Positions 27,234-38,206 of a stretch of DNA of 45,369 nucleotides are shown piece by piece; position 1 is the first letter of the stretch, and each line of letters opens with the position of its first letter. Made by a program: the position numbers and the translations under genes. The notes beneath the pieces were generated by a model, which was not told the origin of the DNA, made no database searches, and saw only the letters and a list, made by a program, of their open reading frames with translations. The stretch comes from an uncultured Sulfurimonas sp. GTDB taxonomy: Bacteria; Campylobacterota; Campylobacteria; Campylobacterales; Sulfurimonadaceae. The stretch covers positions 1 to 45,369 of the forward strand of contig CAZTNH010000001.1 in the NCBI GenBank assembly GCA_964615395.1. Reading direction: 5' to 3'.

Positions 27234-28349
27234 TTAGTCTTGTTGTTGTCTCATATATGCTGGTATATCTAAATAGTCTGCATCAAGTTCACCACCAACA
27301 ACTAAGCGTGGGCGAACTTTAGCACGAGGTGGTGCTACAGGTGTTTCACTTACAAACTCAGGGTTGTTTGAGAGTTCTTTCTCAAATCCTGTAGCAACGA
27401 TAGTAATTTTGATATAGTTTTCAGCTAGAGATTCATCTGTAGATGTACCCCAAATTACTTCAGCTTCTTCATCTGCACTCTCATGAACAACCTCCATAGC
27501 TTCTGCTAACTCCATCATAGGAAAGTCAGGATGCATTTTAAAGTGTACTAAAACACCCATAGCTCCATTTATTGACATATTGTCAAGAAGTGGAGACTCT
27601 ATAGCTGTTTTGATAGCTTCATAAGCTGCATTATCACCTTCATGTTCACCAACACCCATAAGTGCCATACCTTTATGGCTCATAACAGTTTGTAAATCGG
27701 CGAAGTCAAGGTTAATATCATTATCTCCACTTGAGAGAATAACACCAGATGTTCCACTAACAGCTTGTGCTAAAACACTATCTACTATTTTGAAACTCTC
27801 TTTCATCCCTAGTTTTCTATCAATAATAGATAGAAGTCTATCATTTGGAATCACAACGATTGAGTCACTCTCTCGTTTTAACTCTTCCAAGCCAGCTTCT
27901 GCAAGTTTAAGGCGTTTACGACCCTCAAACATAAAAGGTTTTGTAACTATTGAGATAGTTAATGCTCCAACTTCTTTAGCAATTTGAGCAACAACTGGTG
28001 CAGCACCAGTTCCTGTTCCTCCACCAAGTCCAGCAGAGATAAAGACTATATCTGCACCATCAAGGGCAGCATAAATTTCATCATAATTTTCTAATGCTGA
28101 ATCTTTACCAATAGCTGGTTTCATCCCTGCACCAAGACCCTTAGTGAGTTTCTCACCTATCTGAATCTTTGATGCAGCAGAATTTTCACTTAAAACTTGT
28201 GCATCAGTATTTACTAACATCATTTCGATACCAGTAACACCCTCTTTTAACATATGACCGATCATGTTTCCACCACCGCCACCAACGCCAACTGCTATAA
28301 TCCTAGCACCGTTAAGGTTACTTGCCTCTTCAACTACAAATGGTTCCAT
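27234..28349 (-). CDS. ftsZ: Cell division protein FtsZ
   Basis: GVGGGGGN, GGGTGTG, NLDFAD, LDIPAYMR tail. The second ATG is better spaced from GGAG; 28352 is also possible. Confidence 0.98.
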   Translation of the reverse strand: MEPFVVEEASNLNGARIIAVGVGGGGGNMIGHMLKEGVTGIEMMLVNTDAQVLSENSAASKIQIGEKLTKGLGAGMKPAIGKDSALENYDEIYAALDGADIVFISAGLGGGTGTGAAPVVAQIAKEVGALTISIVTKPFMFEGRKRLKLAEAGLEELKRESDSIVVIPNDRLLSIIDRKLGMKESFKIVDSVLAQAVSGTSGVILSSGDNDINLDFADLQTVMSHKGMALMGVGEHEGDNAAYEAIKTAIESPLLDNMSINGAMGVLVHFKMHPDFPMMELAEAMEVVHESADEEAEVIWGTSTDESLAENYIKITIVATGFEKELSNNPEFVSETPVAPPRAKVRPRLVVGGELDADYLDIPAYMRQQQD

Positions 28350-28361
28350 CATCTTACTCCT

Positions 28362-29717
28362 TTAAAATAACTGGCTTGCCCAGTTCCAAAACTTACTAAC
28401 GCCACTATTATCGTCACTTGTTTTCTCTTTTTTATCATCTAACTTAATCATATTTGGTTTACGTTCTTCTTCTAATGCTTCAGTAGGCACTTCTAAGTTT
28501 GAAGAGAAGTTTACACTTGTATGAGAGGTTGGTTTTTCATTTGTATGACGAACACGTTTATTAGCATCAATCTCATATGCAGTATATGCACAAGCTGAAT
28601 ACATTACAAGTCCAATCGCACTTGAAAAATCAGCAGATTTTATTTCATCGAAAAGACCATCCATTTTAACAGGACGAGCAAGACGAACAGGCATAGATCC
28701 AAAAGTAGCTACAGCTAAATCTCGGATACCTTCCATCTTAGAAAATCCACCAGTTAAAACGATTCCCGCACCAATCTGATCTTTAAGACTACTATTCTCA
28801 ATAAACTGAGCTAATATCATAAGTGTCTCTTCTACTCTTGCATAGATTACATTATGAACAACATCTAAAGAGACTTCATGTGTATTGTCCATATCACCAA
28901 TTATTGGTATCTCTATAAGATCATTACTTTGGTCTGTTAAAGAGCCATAAGTCAGTTTTACATCATTGGCAACATTTAAAGGTGTATGAAGAGCCATTGA
29001 TAAATCACTTGTCACATGGTTTGAACCTACACCTAAAAATTCATTATATCGGATAGAATTTCCAGAGTAAATAGCTATATTACTTGTATTTCCACCCATA
29101 TCTATAACTGCCGCACCAAGCTCTTTCTCATCATCATTTAAAGTCGCGATAGAAGAGGCATAAGAGTTTAAAACTATGTTTTCAACTTCGACACCTGCTC
29201 TTTGCACTGCTTTTTTAAGATTGTTAAGATTTGATTTCTGTGTAGTTATGATATGCGTTTCAACCTCAAGTCGAGAAGCATTCATCCCTAGAGGGTCTTC
29301 TATAAAATCTTGATCATCAACCTTAAAGTTGAAAGGAAGGGCATGTAAAACTTCATACTCATTTGGAATATTAGCATTGTAAAGAGATGTATGCATTACA
29401 CGTTCTATCTCTTTTAAACTAATCTCTTTACTCTGAATATTTACTATACCATTTGAGTTTAAGCTTTTAGTATATGCTCCACTCATTGAAACAATAGCAG
29501 AGTTTATATCTAAACCTGACACTCTTTTGGCATCTTCCACTGCACTCTTAATACTTCTTGAAGCTAACTCAATGTTAGTTATACTCCCACGTTTAAGACC
29601 CTGTGCTTTTGTTGTTCCTGACCCAGTAATAGCGATTTTATTATCGTTATCTATCTGAGCAATAATAGCACATATCTTTGTTGAACCAATATCTATAGCT
29701 AAAACAGTTCTGCTCAA
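28362..29717 (-). CDS. ftsA: Cell division protein FtsA
   Basis: AIDIGSTKI, IDMGG, VLTGG, C-terminal amphipathic KFWNWASQLF. Confidence 0.97.
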   Translation of the reverse strand: MSRTVLAIDIGSTKICAIIAQIDNDNKIAITGSGTTKAQGLKRGSITNIELASRSIKSAVEDAKRVSGLDINSAIVSMSGAYTKSLNSNGIVNIQSKEISLKEIERVMHTSLYNANIPNEYEVLHALPFNFKVDDQDFIEDPLGMNASRLEVETHIITTQKSNLNNLKKAVQRAGVEVENIVLNSYASSIATLNDDEKELGAAVIDMGGNTSNIAIYSGNSIRYNEFLGVGSNHVTSDLSMALHTPLNVANDVKLTYGSLTDQSNDLIEIPIIGDMDNTHEVSLDVVHNVIYARVEETLMILAQFIENSSLKDQIGAGIVLTGGFSKMEGIRDLAVATFGSMPVRLARPVKMDGLFDEIKSADFSSAIGLVMYSACAYTAYEIDANKRVRHTNEKPTSHTSVNFSSNLEVPTEALEEERKPNMIKLDDKKEKTSDDNSGVSKFWNWASQLF

Positions 29718-29718
29718 T

Positions 29719-31182
29719 TTAGAGTCCTTGGATATATATCTCAGTTGGATATTTCTTCTCTAATTTTTTAATTAAAGATTCATTGAAAATACCACTTTTT
29801 AATTTTGTCATTGAATTACTCAAATCATTCTCTTTAGTTGTAAGCAGTTTTTGTTCCAATATATAGAAAAGAACAATTTTACCACTATTTAAAACAACAT
29901 AAGAACGTTTTTTAGTGTTTGTAAATAGTTTTTGTAAAAACTCATTTGCTTCTGCTGGAGAGAGTAAACTGATTTTGTCTGCATCTTTAACAGTTATAAA
30001 TTGAGTTGTTGTTCCTGAAAAAGTAGCTAGTTTACTATTTGCTAACTCTAATAGTTTTGATTTTTTAAGATCTTGTGTATAAGCTATTAAAACATCTGCT
30101 TTAGCATCTTCATAAGTTTTAATTTCTGAAGGGTTCTTTTTGATTAGCTCAAATGTATAGTAGATACCATTTACTAAAATTGGTTTCATATATGGTGCTG
30201 TTAAATTTAAGCTAGCAATTTTATCTAAAGCCTCTTTTGAGAAAGGATTTTTAGTAGCTGAAATTGTTGCTGTTTTAAAAGTAGCATTTTTAAGCTTTCC
30301 TTTTTTGTATGCAATATAAGTTCTTATTGCTTTATCTTTTGTTGCTTTAGCATTTAACTCTTGAATTATTGCTGCTTTAGCAGACTCTAATGAAAGAATT
30401 TTCCCCTTTGCATCTTTAAAATGGTTTTTATTCTCAGCATAGTAAGTAGCAATTTGTGAATCTTTATATTTAGCATCTATTCTTGCTTGAGTGATATATT
30501 TTACATCATAAGAGATATCAGTTTTATAGTTGGCTGCTTTCTCTTTCCAGTATGGTTTTAACATAGCATCGGAAGTGTCTAGTTTGATTGCATCAGTTGT
30601 AAGAACTTTATAGTTTATTTTATCTGCAATATTTACAACTGTATTGAGAATATTTATCTCATTTTCAGTTACTTCTAGTGGTAATAATTTAAGTGTTTTT
30701 TGGATTAACAGATCTTTTCTTAGTCCAGATTCATACTCTTTAGCTGTAAGTCTATTTTGTGATAAGGCCATTCTGTAAATCTCTTTATTAAAAACACCAT
30801 TTTTAAAAAAGTACTTTTGAGTACTAAGTGTCGCTGCTAACTCTTTATCACTAACTTCTAAGTCATAAGCTGCTGCAAGATTTAATAGAAGTGCTTGCTG
30901 TTTTAACTCTTGGAGTGCTTGTTTTTGAAGACCGAACTGTTTTGCTTGCTCTTCATCAAAGTTTCCTTGAAACATCTTGTTGTACTGTGCATAAAGACGA
31001 GAATAAGCTTTTTGAAGTTCCCCTTGTGATATCTCTACATTTCCAACCTTTGCTACTGCTCCAGCTTTGTCCCCGTAACTATACTGTCCCCAGCCAACAA
31101 AACCTGCTCCAACAAAAGATATTGTTGAGATCCAAATTGTTATAATTAGCCATTTTTTGTGTCTCTGCATCCATGAAATCAT
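29719..31182 (-). CDS. PpiD-like periplasmic chaperone (SurA N-terminal domain / peptidylprolyl isomerase family)
   Basis: MISWMQ..KK plus TM anchor, VAKVG, F..NGVFNKE.Y; directly upstream of ftsA. Confidence 0.85.
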   Translation of the reverse strand: MISWMQRHKKWLIITIWISTISFVGAGFVGWGQYSYGDKAGAVAKVGNVEISQGELQKAYSRLYAQYNKMFQGNFDEEQAKQFGLQKQALQELKQQALLLNLAAAYDLEVSDKELAATLSTQKYFFKNGVFNKEIYRMALSQNRLTAKEYESGLRKDLLIQKTLKLLPLEVTENEINILNTVVNIADKINYKVLTTDAIKLDTSDAMLKPYWKEKAANYKTDISYDVKYITQARIDAKYKDSQIATYYAENKNHFKDAKGKILSLESAKAAIIQELNAKATKDKAIRTYIAYKKGKLKNATFKTATISATKNPFSKEALDKIASLNLTAPYMKPILVNGIYYTFELIKKNPSEIKTYEDAKADVLIAYTQDLKKSKLLELANSKLATFSGTTTQFITVKDADKISLLSPAEANEFLQKLFTNTKKRSYVVLNSGKIVLFYILEQKLLTTKENDLSNSMTKLKSGIFNESLIKKLEKKYPTEIYIQGL

Positions 31183-31275
31183 TTATAAAAAACCTTACTT
31201 TTTGATATTTGTGTAATGATAGGTAAATTAGGATTAAACCTTGATAAAAGGGGAGAAAAAGAGGGTTGAAAGTTT

Positions 31276-31866
31276 TTAATCTGTATCGAAATCTGTTTGT
31301 GAGTTATCTAACATAAGAAGACGACAACTCTTTTCTAAAATAGCGAGTTTTTTAGCCATTTCATGAATGTCACGACTATAAGCATAAACACCATAACCAC
31401 GTATAACCATAATGTTCGTTTTTTGACTTTGAAGATAGTATGCGATCTCACTATCTGCTCTATCATACCAGTCATCAAACTGTTTTGGATCAATTATACT
31501 TATACTTCCTATCTCTTTATGACCAAAATAATCTTTAGGAATAATAGTGTCATTTTTAAGAGAGTATGCTGTAGTAAATTGTGGCATAGAGAAGCAGATA
31601 AATTTTGCTTCACTAATTTGAGAGTAGATACTAAAATGAATTTTAGCATCTATACTCGCCTGATTCCATCTATAATCTTTTTTAAAATAGAGTTCAATCA
31701 AGCTATTATCATCTAAAGCATCAAAAATAGCCTCTTTTGTGTTTATTAAAAAACGATTTGATTCAGTTTTAGCAGAGATACTCCCATGATAAATACCGAA
31801 AAAATCTTTTCTGAACATAGAGAGAGTTAGAGAAGAAAGTCTTCGCTTTAGATTTGACCTATTCAT
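31276..31866 (-). CDS. Class II aldolase/adducin-fold protein lacking the Zn ligands
   Basis: GSISAK, FLIN, ASIDAKIH..IY, IRGYGVY, ILEKSC; the canonical HxH and NHG are absent. Confidence 0.82.
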   Translation of the reverse strand: MNRSNLKRRLSSLTLSMFRKDFFGIYHGSISAKTESNRFLINTKEAIFDALDDNSLIELYFKKDYRWNQASIDAKIHFSIYSQISEAKFICFSMPQFTTAYSLKNDTIIPKDYFGHKEIGSISIIDPKQFDDWYDRADSEIAYYLQSQKTNIMVIRGYGVYAYSRDIHEMAKKLAILEKSCRLLMLDNSQTDFDTD

Positions 31867-31871
31867 AACTC

Positions 31872-33005
31872 TTACTTAAACCAACCCTTCATCTTATCAA
31901 TAGCAGAAGCTAAAACACTCTCATGAGGAGTAGATTCTATACCAAATGATTCTTGAAGTTTAGAGATTAAGGCTAGTTGTTCATCGTTAAGTTTTTCTGG
32001 ATATTGAATATTTACAATAGCTATTAAATCTCCCTTACCGTGACCATGAACATCTTCTATACCCTCATTTCTAAAAGTGAAACGCTGTTTATCTCGTGTT
32101 CCAACTTCTAGTTTCAACTCTAACTCACCTGTAAGTGATGGAATTGTAAGTGTCTCTCCTGTAATCGCTTGTGTAAAGAAAACAGGTATCTCTATATAAA
32201 CATCATTTTCATTTCTTATAAAATGTTTATCCTCTTGAACATCAAACGTGACATATAAATCTCCACGATCACCTCGTTTACCGATGTTTCCTTTGCCTGA
32301 GACTCTTAAACGATTTCCTGTGTCAATTCCTGCTGGTATTTTGATACTTAGAGACTCTTTTACCTCGTCATATCCACGCCCCTTACAGCTTTTACAAGGT
32401 GATGCTGCAGCACTCCCTGTTCCTTGACATGCTGGACATGTTTGTGCAAAAGTCATAAAGCCTTGTTGCATTGCTACCTGACCTTGACCTCCACATTGTT
32501 TACAAGTTGAAAGTTTTCCATCTTTAGCACCTGTGCCCTTACACTTTTCACAAGCTTTTTTGTACTTAAATGAGATCTCTTTTTCACAACCGAAGATAGC
32601 TTCGTTAAAACTGATTTTCATATCTACATTCATATCAAGTGGATATTTGTCCATATCAGCAGGGTTTTGGCGACGTCTACCACCACCTCCACCACCAAAT
32701 CCATTAAACATATCTTCAAACATAGAACTTAAGTCATCAAAACCACCAGAAGAGCGACGGCTACCGCCACCACCCATACCTTGAAGACCCTCTTTACCAT
32801 AACGATCATAGATGCTTTTCTGTTTTTCATCACTTAAACATTGGTATGCTTCATTACAGAGCTTAAATTTATGTTCAGCCTCTGTATCACCTGGATTTTT
32901 ATCTGGATGGTATTTCTTAGCCATAGTTCTATAGGCTTTTTTAATTGTTGTTTTATCTGCACTTTTAGATACTTCTAAAATTTCGTAGTAGCTTAATTCT
33001 TCCAT
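31872..33005 (-). CDS. dnaJ: Molecular chaperone DnaJ
   Basis: [10 protein letters not shown] start (ATG 33005 after AGGGA), HPD, G/F region, four CxxCxGxG repeats. Confidence 0.97.
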   Translation of the reverse strand: MEELSYYEILEVSKSADKTTIKKAYRTMAKKYHPDKNPGDTEAEHKFKLCNEAYQCLSDEKQKSIYDRYGKEGLQGMGGGGSRRSSGGFDDLSSMFEDMFNGFGGGGGGRRRQNPADMDKYPLDMNVDMKISFNEAIFGCEKEISFKYKKACEKCKGTGAKDGKLSTCKQCGGQGQVAMQQGFMTFAQTCPACQGTGSAAASPCKSCKGRGYDEVKESLSIKIPAGIDTGNRLRVSGKGNIGKRGDRGDLYVTFDVQEDKHFIRNENDVYIEIPVFFTQAITGETLTIPSLTGELELKLEVGTRDKQRFTFRNEGIEDVHGHGKGDLIAIVNIQYPEKLNDEQLALISKLQESFGIESTPHESVLASAIDKMKGWFK

Positions 33006-33067
33006 TTTTTCCCTATAATTAATAAAAATATTTTTGAGATTATACCCATAAAAAATAAATATTATAA

Positions 33068-33076
33068 TGGTATAAT
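33068..33076 (+). promoter_or_regulatory. Extended -10 promoter element for mltA-recR
   Basis: TGGTATAAT ending 7 nt before the mltA ATG. Confidence 0.6.
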
Positions 33077-33083
33077 CGCATTT

Positions 33084-34205
33084 ATGAAACATATTTTTTC
33101 CCTACTACTTATTGCACTCACATTTATTAGTTGTTCACAAGAGAATAAAAAGCCTTTATCTAAGGCAGAGAAACTTTCAAAAATAGTTCCAAATACTTAC
33201 CTTATTAAGAGTAGTTTTGAAAAACTTCCAAATTTTCAAGAAGAAAATTATGCTGAAGTTTTAAAAGAGTTTGCCAATAATTGCAGAACTTCAAAAGCAA
33301 AAAAAATATATGCTGGACTTTGTCAAAATTTAAACACTATTACAGATGCTAAAGATTTTTTAAAAAATAATTTTACTCCTTATATGATAAGTACGAAAGA
33401 GAGAAAAAAAGAGGGTCTTTTGACTGGTTATTATGAGGCTCAAATTCATGCATCATTGAACAAAAGTGAAAAATATCAGTATCCTATTTATGAAACTCCA
33501 AATGATCTTATAGTTGTTGATTTAAGTTCTATCTATCCTGACTTAAAACATTACAGACTAAGAGGAAAACTAGTAGGTAATAAGGTCGTTCCTTACGATA
33601 CTCGTGCTGAGAGTAAAGCTGAAAAAGTAAATGCAAGTGTTATATGTTACTGTGATTCTAAAATTGATAAATTCTTTTTAGAGATTCAGGGTTCAGGAAA
33701 AGTAGCACTTGATAACAATAGCTCTATTTATATAGGCTATGATAATCAAAATGGTCATAAATATAGATCTATAGGAAGATACCTTGTAAAGATAGGAGCA
33801 TTAGAGTTAAAAGATGTTTCACTGCAAAGTATTAAAAAATGGTTAAAAAATAATCCTTCCCGAGTGGATGAAGTCCTTAACTATAATAAATCTCTTGTCT
33901 ATTTTAAACAAAGAACACAAGGAGCAACGGGAGCATTAGGTTTAGAACTAACACCTAAACGCTCAATAGCTGTTGATAGAAAGTATATACCACTTGGTAG
34001 TATGCTCTATCTACATGCTAAGGTTAATGATGAAAACTTAAGTAGAGTAGTTTTTGCTCAAGATACAGGAGGGGCTATAAAAGGTGCTATTCGTGCTGAT
34101 CTATTTTTAGGTTCAGGAAAGAAGGCACTTGAGATATCTGGGCATCTAAAATCTGCTCTTAATTTATGGATACTCTTACCAAAAAGAGAGGAGAAAGAGA
34201 TATGA
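33084..34205 (+). CDS. mltA: Membrane-bound lytic murein transglycosylase A (lipoprotein)
   Basis: FISC lipobox, [41 protein letters not shown]. Confidence 0.94.
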   Translation: MKHIFSLLLIALTFISCSQENKKPLSKAEKLSKIVPNTYLIKSSFEKLPNFQEENYAEVLKEFANNCRTSKAKKIYAGLCQNLNTITDAKDFLKNNFTPYMISTKERKKEGLLTGYYEAQIHASLNKSEKYQYPIYETPNDLIVVDLSSIYPDLKHYRLRGKLVGNKVVPYDTRAESKAEKVNASVICYCDSKIDKFFLEIQGSGKVALDNNSSIYIGYDNQNGHKYRSIGRYLVKIGALELKDVSLQSIKKWLKNNPSRVDEVLNYNKSLVYFKQRTQGATGALGLELTPKRSIAVDRKYIPLGSMLYLHAKVNDENLSRVVFAQDTGGAIKGAIRADLFLGSGKKALEISGHLKSALNLWILLPKREEKEI

Positions 34206-34771
34206 ATCGTTCACTAGAAAAATTCAGTAGACTTGTTGATTCACTACAGGAGTTACCAACCATAGGTAAAAAGTCTGCAACACGTTTAGCCTATCATATG
34301 ATAATGAATGATACATTTGTAGGAATGAGAATTTCACATGCTATTGAAGATGCCTTAGGAAGTTTGAAAAAGTGTCGAGATTGTGGTGGTATGAGTGAGG
34401 ATGAACTCTGTTATATCTGTAGTGATGATGGACGAGACTCTACTCTTATATGTATGGTTGAAAATGCAAAAGATATTCTTTTACTTGAAGAAAATGGTCT
34501 TTTTGATGGTCGTTACTTTGTCTTAGAATCTTTAGAGGAGTTAAGTATCTTAAAACTAGAAAATTTAGTTCAAAATGGAGTAAATGAGATACTCTTTGCA
34601 TTGACTCCCTCTATCGCTAATGATGCTGTTATTTTATATATTGAAGATAAACTGAGTAGTTATAATATTGACTTTTCAAAAATAGCACAGGGCATTCCAA
34701 CTGGCGTTAGCTTAGAAAATATTGATTTACTTTCTCTTACACGAGCATTAGAGGATAGAGTAAGAGTTTAG
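34202..34771 (+). CDS. recR: Recombination mediator RecR
   Basis: LPTIGKKSATRLA, CRDC...CYIC, IAQGIPTG; ATG 34202 overlaps the mltA stop (ATGA). Confidence 0.95.
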   Translation: MNRSLEKFSRLVDSLQELPTIGKKSATRLAYHMIMNDTFVGMRISHAIEDALGSLKKCRDCGGMSEDELCYICSDDGRDSTLICMVENAKDILLLEENGLFDGRYFVLESLEELSILKLENLVQNGVNEILFALTPSIANDAVILYIEDKLSSYNIDFSKIAQGIPTGVSLENIDLLSLTRALEDRVRV

Positions 34772-35559
34772 ATTAAAAAACTCTTTGACATATGTTTTTT
34801 AATATCCTCTTTTGATAGCTTGCCCTCAACAAAGAGTTCATTTGCTAAGACACCTTGACCTAAAAGCATATCTGCACCATCTTTATAAGTGATATTTTTC
34901 TCTTTGGCTAATTGTAAAAAAGGTGTGAGTTTACCATAAATAGCATCTGCAACATAGTTTGTGTTTTGTAAAATTGATTCTACTAACTCTTTTGGGGCAG
35001 GGAGCTCTTCATCTTTAAGACCAGCACTTGTAGTGTTTACAACTAAGTCATATTTTTCAAGTTTAAAACTCTCCCATGTGTAGGTATCACAAGATAATTC
35101 ATCAAAATATGAGAGTCTTGAAGCACTTCTATTGAGTACACTTACATCTAAATTCTCTTGTTTAAATCTTGAACAGAGAGCTTTTGCCGTTCCTCCAGCA
35201 CCTATCACTAAAATATTTTTGATATTTGAAAACTCCTCTATCGCATACATAAAACCGTCTGCATCAGTATTGTAACCGATAAGTTTTCCATTTTCATTGA
35301 TGAGTGTGTTTACTACACCTACAGTTTTAGCAAATCCTCGTACTTCATCACAGGCATTAAATGCAGCTTCTTTATGGGGAACAGTAACATTGGCGCCCTT
35401 TAGCCTAAGTGCAAAAAAAGTCTCTTTGAGTTTGGAGCCATCTTCTAAATGGGTTCTTGTATAACAAGCATTGTAGTTTAAATTTGAAAAAACACTATTG
35501 TGCATTAGTGGAGAACGAGAGTGTGAGACAGGGTTACCAAAGATAGAAAAGAGTTTCAT
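34768..35559 (-). CDS. aroE: Shikimate dehydrogenase
   Basis: GNPVSHSRSPLMH, GANVTVPHK, VNT, GYNTD, GAGGTA. Confidence 0.96.
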   Translation of the reverse strand: MKLFSIFGNPVSHSRSPLMHNSVFSNLNYNACYTRTHLEDGSKLKETFFALRLKGANVTVPHKEAAFNACDEVRGFAKTVGVVNTLINENGKLIGYNTDADGFMYAIEEFSNIKNILVIGAGGTAKALCSRFKQENLDVSVLNRSASRLSYFDELSCDTYTWESFKLEKYDLVVNTTSAGLKDEELPAPKELVESILQNTNYVADAIYGKLTPFLQLAKEKNITYKDGADMLLGQGVLANELFVEGKLSKEDIKKHMSKSFLI

Positions 35560-35560
35560 A

Positions 35561-36970
35561 CTATTTTCTATCCAAATCTTCTAAAGAGTGGATAAGTGCA
35601 CCGAGTTTGTTTTCAACCTCTTGATACTCAGACTCTTTCACAGAATCAGCTACGATTCCAGCTCCTGCTTGAAGAATTACTTTATCATCTTTGACCATAG
35701 CTGTACGGATTGTAATAGAACTATCCATATTTCCATCAAAACCAAAGTAACCGATACTACCACTATAAAAACCACGTTTAAGACCCTCATACTCAGCTAT
35801 GAGTTCCATTGCTCGAATCTTCGGAGCACCTGTCATAGTTCCAGCTGTAAAAGTTGCCATAAAAAGATCAAACATATCTTTGTCATCTGCTAGTTTCGCT
35901 ACTACATCTGTTACTATATGCATAACATGAGAGTAGTGTTCGATATGCATCATATCTTCAACTTTTACAGTTCCAGTTTTTGCTACACGACCGACATCAT
36001 TTCTACCTAAATCTATAAGCATAAGGTGTTCAGCTAACTCTTTAGGGTCAGATAACAGATCAATCTCTAAGGCTCTATCTTCCTCTTTTGTAGCTCCACG
36101 TTTACGAGTTCCAGCGATTGGTCGAAGAAGTAACTCTCCATCTTGAAGTCTTACCATAACCTCAGGAGAAGAGCCAACGATACTAAAATCTTCATACTCC
36201 ATTAAAAACATATATGGAGATGGGTTTTTAGCACGTAAAATACGGTAGAAACTAAAAGGATCAACTTTAATGTTTCTAGTAAAACGATTTGTCATTAAAA
36301 TCTGAAATACATCACCACTCTTAATCATCTCTTTTGATTTATCTATCATCTCAAAAAATTTCTCTTTTGAGTGTGCAAAACTACCCTTGTCATTTCCAAT
36401 ATTATGAATACGATGTTTATATGTGTAAGAACCCTTTAAGTCATCATGTATAGGCATGAATTTTTCTTCATACTCTTTGAGAGTTGATATAAGAGTTATC
36501 TGATGTGTTTTATGTGCATAAATAAGAAGCATTTTTGGGAGTATTAGGTCTAAGTCTGGCGTTTGAAGTTCATCTTCTAGTGAATCCATACTTGAACCTA
36601 GTTTAGGTTCAAAAACTTTTACCATATCGTAGCCGATATACCCTACAAATCCATCTACATAACCAACATTAAGTTTTTTTGTAGCTTCTTTATATGGTTT
36701 TGTATCTTTTTGTTTGTAGTACTCTTTTAAAAAAGTGAAAGGACTCTCTTCTTTTATATGTACCTTAGAATTACTGTCAGTATAAATAGTTTTATCATCT
36801 ATATACTGTAGACGTTCTCTAGCTCCGATACAGATAATAGAGTAGTTACCCTCGCTACCTCCAGCAGACTCAAAGAGATAAGTTATCTCATTTTGAAACA
36901 TCTCTTTGAGTTTAGAGTAGACAGCTATAGGTGCTAACTGGTCGAGTGTAAATTGTTTAGAGTATATCAA
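35561..36970 (-). CDS. trpE: Anthranilate synthase component I
   Basis: LFES, GDVFQ, NPSPYM, GSSPE, PIAGTRKRG, EHLMLIDLGRND, GAPKIRAM, QAGAGIVADS. PabB is less likely but cannot be excluded without a tree. Confidence 0.85.
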   Translation of the reverse strand: MIYSKQFTLDQLAPIAVYSKLKEMFQNEITYLFESAGGSEGNYSIICIGARERLQYIDDKTIYTDSNSKVHIKEESPFTFLKEYYKQKDTKPYKEATKKLNVGYVDGFVGYIGYDMVKVFEPKLGSSMDSLEDELQTPDLDLILPKMLLIYAHKTHQITLISTLKEYEEKFMPIHDDLKGSYTYKHRIHNIGNDKGSFAHSKEKFFEMIDKSKEMIKSGDVFQILMTNRFTRNIKVDPFSFYRILRAKNPSPYMFLMEYEDFSIVGSSPEVMVRLQDGELLLRPIAGTRKRGATKEEDRALEIDLLSDPKELAEHLMLIDLGRNDVGRVAKTGTVKVEDMMHIEHYSHVMHIVTDVVAKLADDKDMFDLFMATFTAGTMTGAPKIRAMELIAEYEGLKRGFYSGSIGYFGFDGNMDSSITIRTAMVKDDKVILQAGAGIVADSVKESEYQEVENKLGALIHSLEDLDRK

Positions 36971-36985
36971 TGTTAACCTTCTTGC

Positions 36986-37636
36986 TTATATTTTTACTAA
37001 GAAAGCACCAGGTTCAACTTTTGAACGTAAAGTACGTCTTGCTTTTTTTGCTTCATTTGAAGTTTTAAATGGTCCAACAAGTACTTTGTTCATAGATCCA
37101 ACTTTATGGTATCTATAGTGATAACCTAGTTTTGTTATAGATCCTAAAAACTTTTTATTAGGTTCGTATCTTGAAAAGCTACCAACTTGAATGAAGTATG
37201 AACCTTTTGTTATGTATTTTGGGTTTCTTACTTTTTTATGTGTTGTTTTTACAACAACTTTCTTTTTCTTTACCACTTTTTTAGGTTTTTCAATAACAGG
37301 ATCTTTTACAGTTACCTCTTCTTCAAAACTCTCTTTTTTTAGTTTTTGTGCTATCTTATCTAAGTCAGCATCAGAGCTATCTTCATCTTGAATCACTTCT
37401 ACTTCTTCAAAAAGAGGTTCTTCTGTTACACTATTTTTAGCAACACTTTGTGGCTCAGGAGGGAGAACAGCTTGTGGTAAGTTTTCTGTACCACTTGAAC
37501 TAAGAGAGTTCATAAGCATCACTACAATAATTAAAATAACCCCTAATGTAGCTACTGCTAAGATGATTTTTTTATTAGAGTTTGTAGCTCCACCTTTGTT
37601 TAAGATAATGTCATTGAGTTCATGTTTTTCATTCAT
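36986..37636 (-). CDS. SPOR-domain bitopic protein (DedD/FtsN-like)
   Basis: N-terminal TM, charged linker, YFIQVGSF...VLVGPF SPOR domain. Confidence 0.88.
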   Translation of the reverse strand: MNEKHELNDIILNKGGATNSNKKIILAVATLGVILIIVVMLMNSLSSSGTENLPQAVLPPEPQSVAKNSVTEEPLFEEVEVIQDEDSSDADLDKIAQKLKKESFEEEVTVKDPVIEKPKKVVKKKKVVVKTTHKKVRNPKYITKGSYFIQVGSFSRYEPNKKFLGSITKLGYHYRYHKVGSMNKVLVGPFKTSNEAKKARRTLRSKVEPGAFLVKI

Positions 37637-37648
37637 CTATTTTTCCTT

Positions 37649-38191
37649 TTATAAGTGCTTTGACCAAGAAGCTCCGCGCTCCTTAGCATATACATCATAG
37701 GGTATAGTGAGTATATTATACTCATCTGGCATATCAGCATTTGGAAACATACGCCACTGTTTTGGCTGTTTAGCTGCTAACTTCATACTTATCATTTTAC
37801 CGAGTTGAATAGCCTCTTGTAAAGTAGTATGACCTTTATGAATATAAAGATGAAGATGACCTTCTGTTTTTGTTTTGTAGGCAGTGAAGTTTATATAACC
37901 CTCTTCACGAAGAAGAAGTTGTGCTTTGTGGTAGAAACGTTCAGGGTCACGTCCATTGTAATCTATAACAATATTTTCAACCTTAGCATTTTTGTTAACC
38001 AGAGAGTGGGCAACTGTTATATCACCTTTGAGGTGTTGGTTGATGATAGATTGAGTTAATGTAGCATCAACTCTCTCATATTTATTATAAAATGTACGCC
38101 CCTTAAAAGAGAGCTTATTTACTACGGTATCTCTTTTAATCCAGTAGTGGTCACTTACCATCTTAATAAGTTTTAAATCCATAGAAGTCAT
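37649..38191 (-). CDS. DUF1882-family protein
   Basis: [38 protein letters not shown]; directly downstream of glyA as recalled for related genomes. Confidence 0.8.
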   Translation of the reverse strand: MTSMDLKLIKMVSDHYWIKRDTVVNKLSFKGRTFYNKYERVDATLTQSIINQHLKGDITVAHSLVNKNAKVENIVIDYNGRDPERFYHKAQLLLREEGYINFTAYKTKTEGHLHLYIHKGHTTLQEAIQLGKMISMKLAAKQPKQWRMFPNADMPDEYNILTIPYDVYAKERGASWSKHL

Positions 38192-38206
38192 AAGCTCTCT
38201 CCCTTT

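Noticed and set aside
32670-32780. CCA/CCG-rich repeats in dnaJ
   Set aside because: They encode the normal Gly/Phe-rich linker.
36971-36985. Trp attenuator upstream of trpE
   Set aside because: Only 15 nt separate trpE from the SPOR gene; there is no leader peptide or hairpin.
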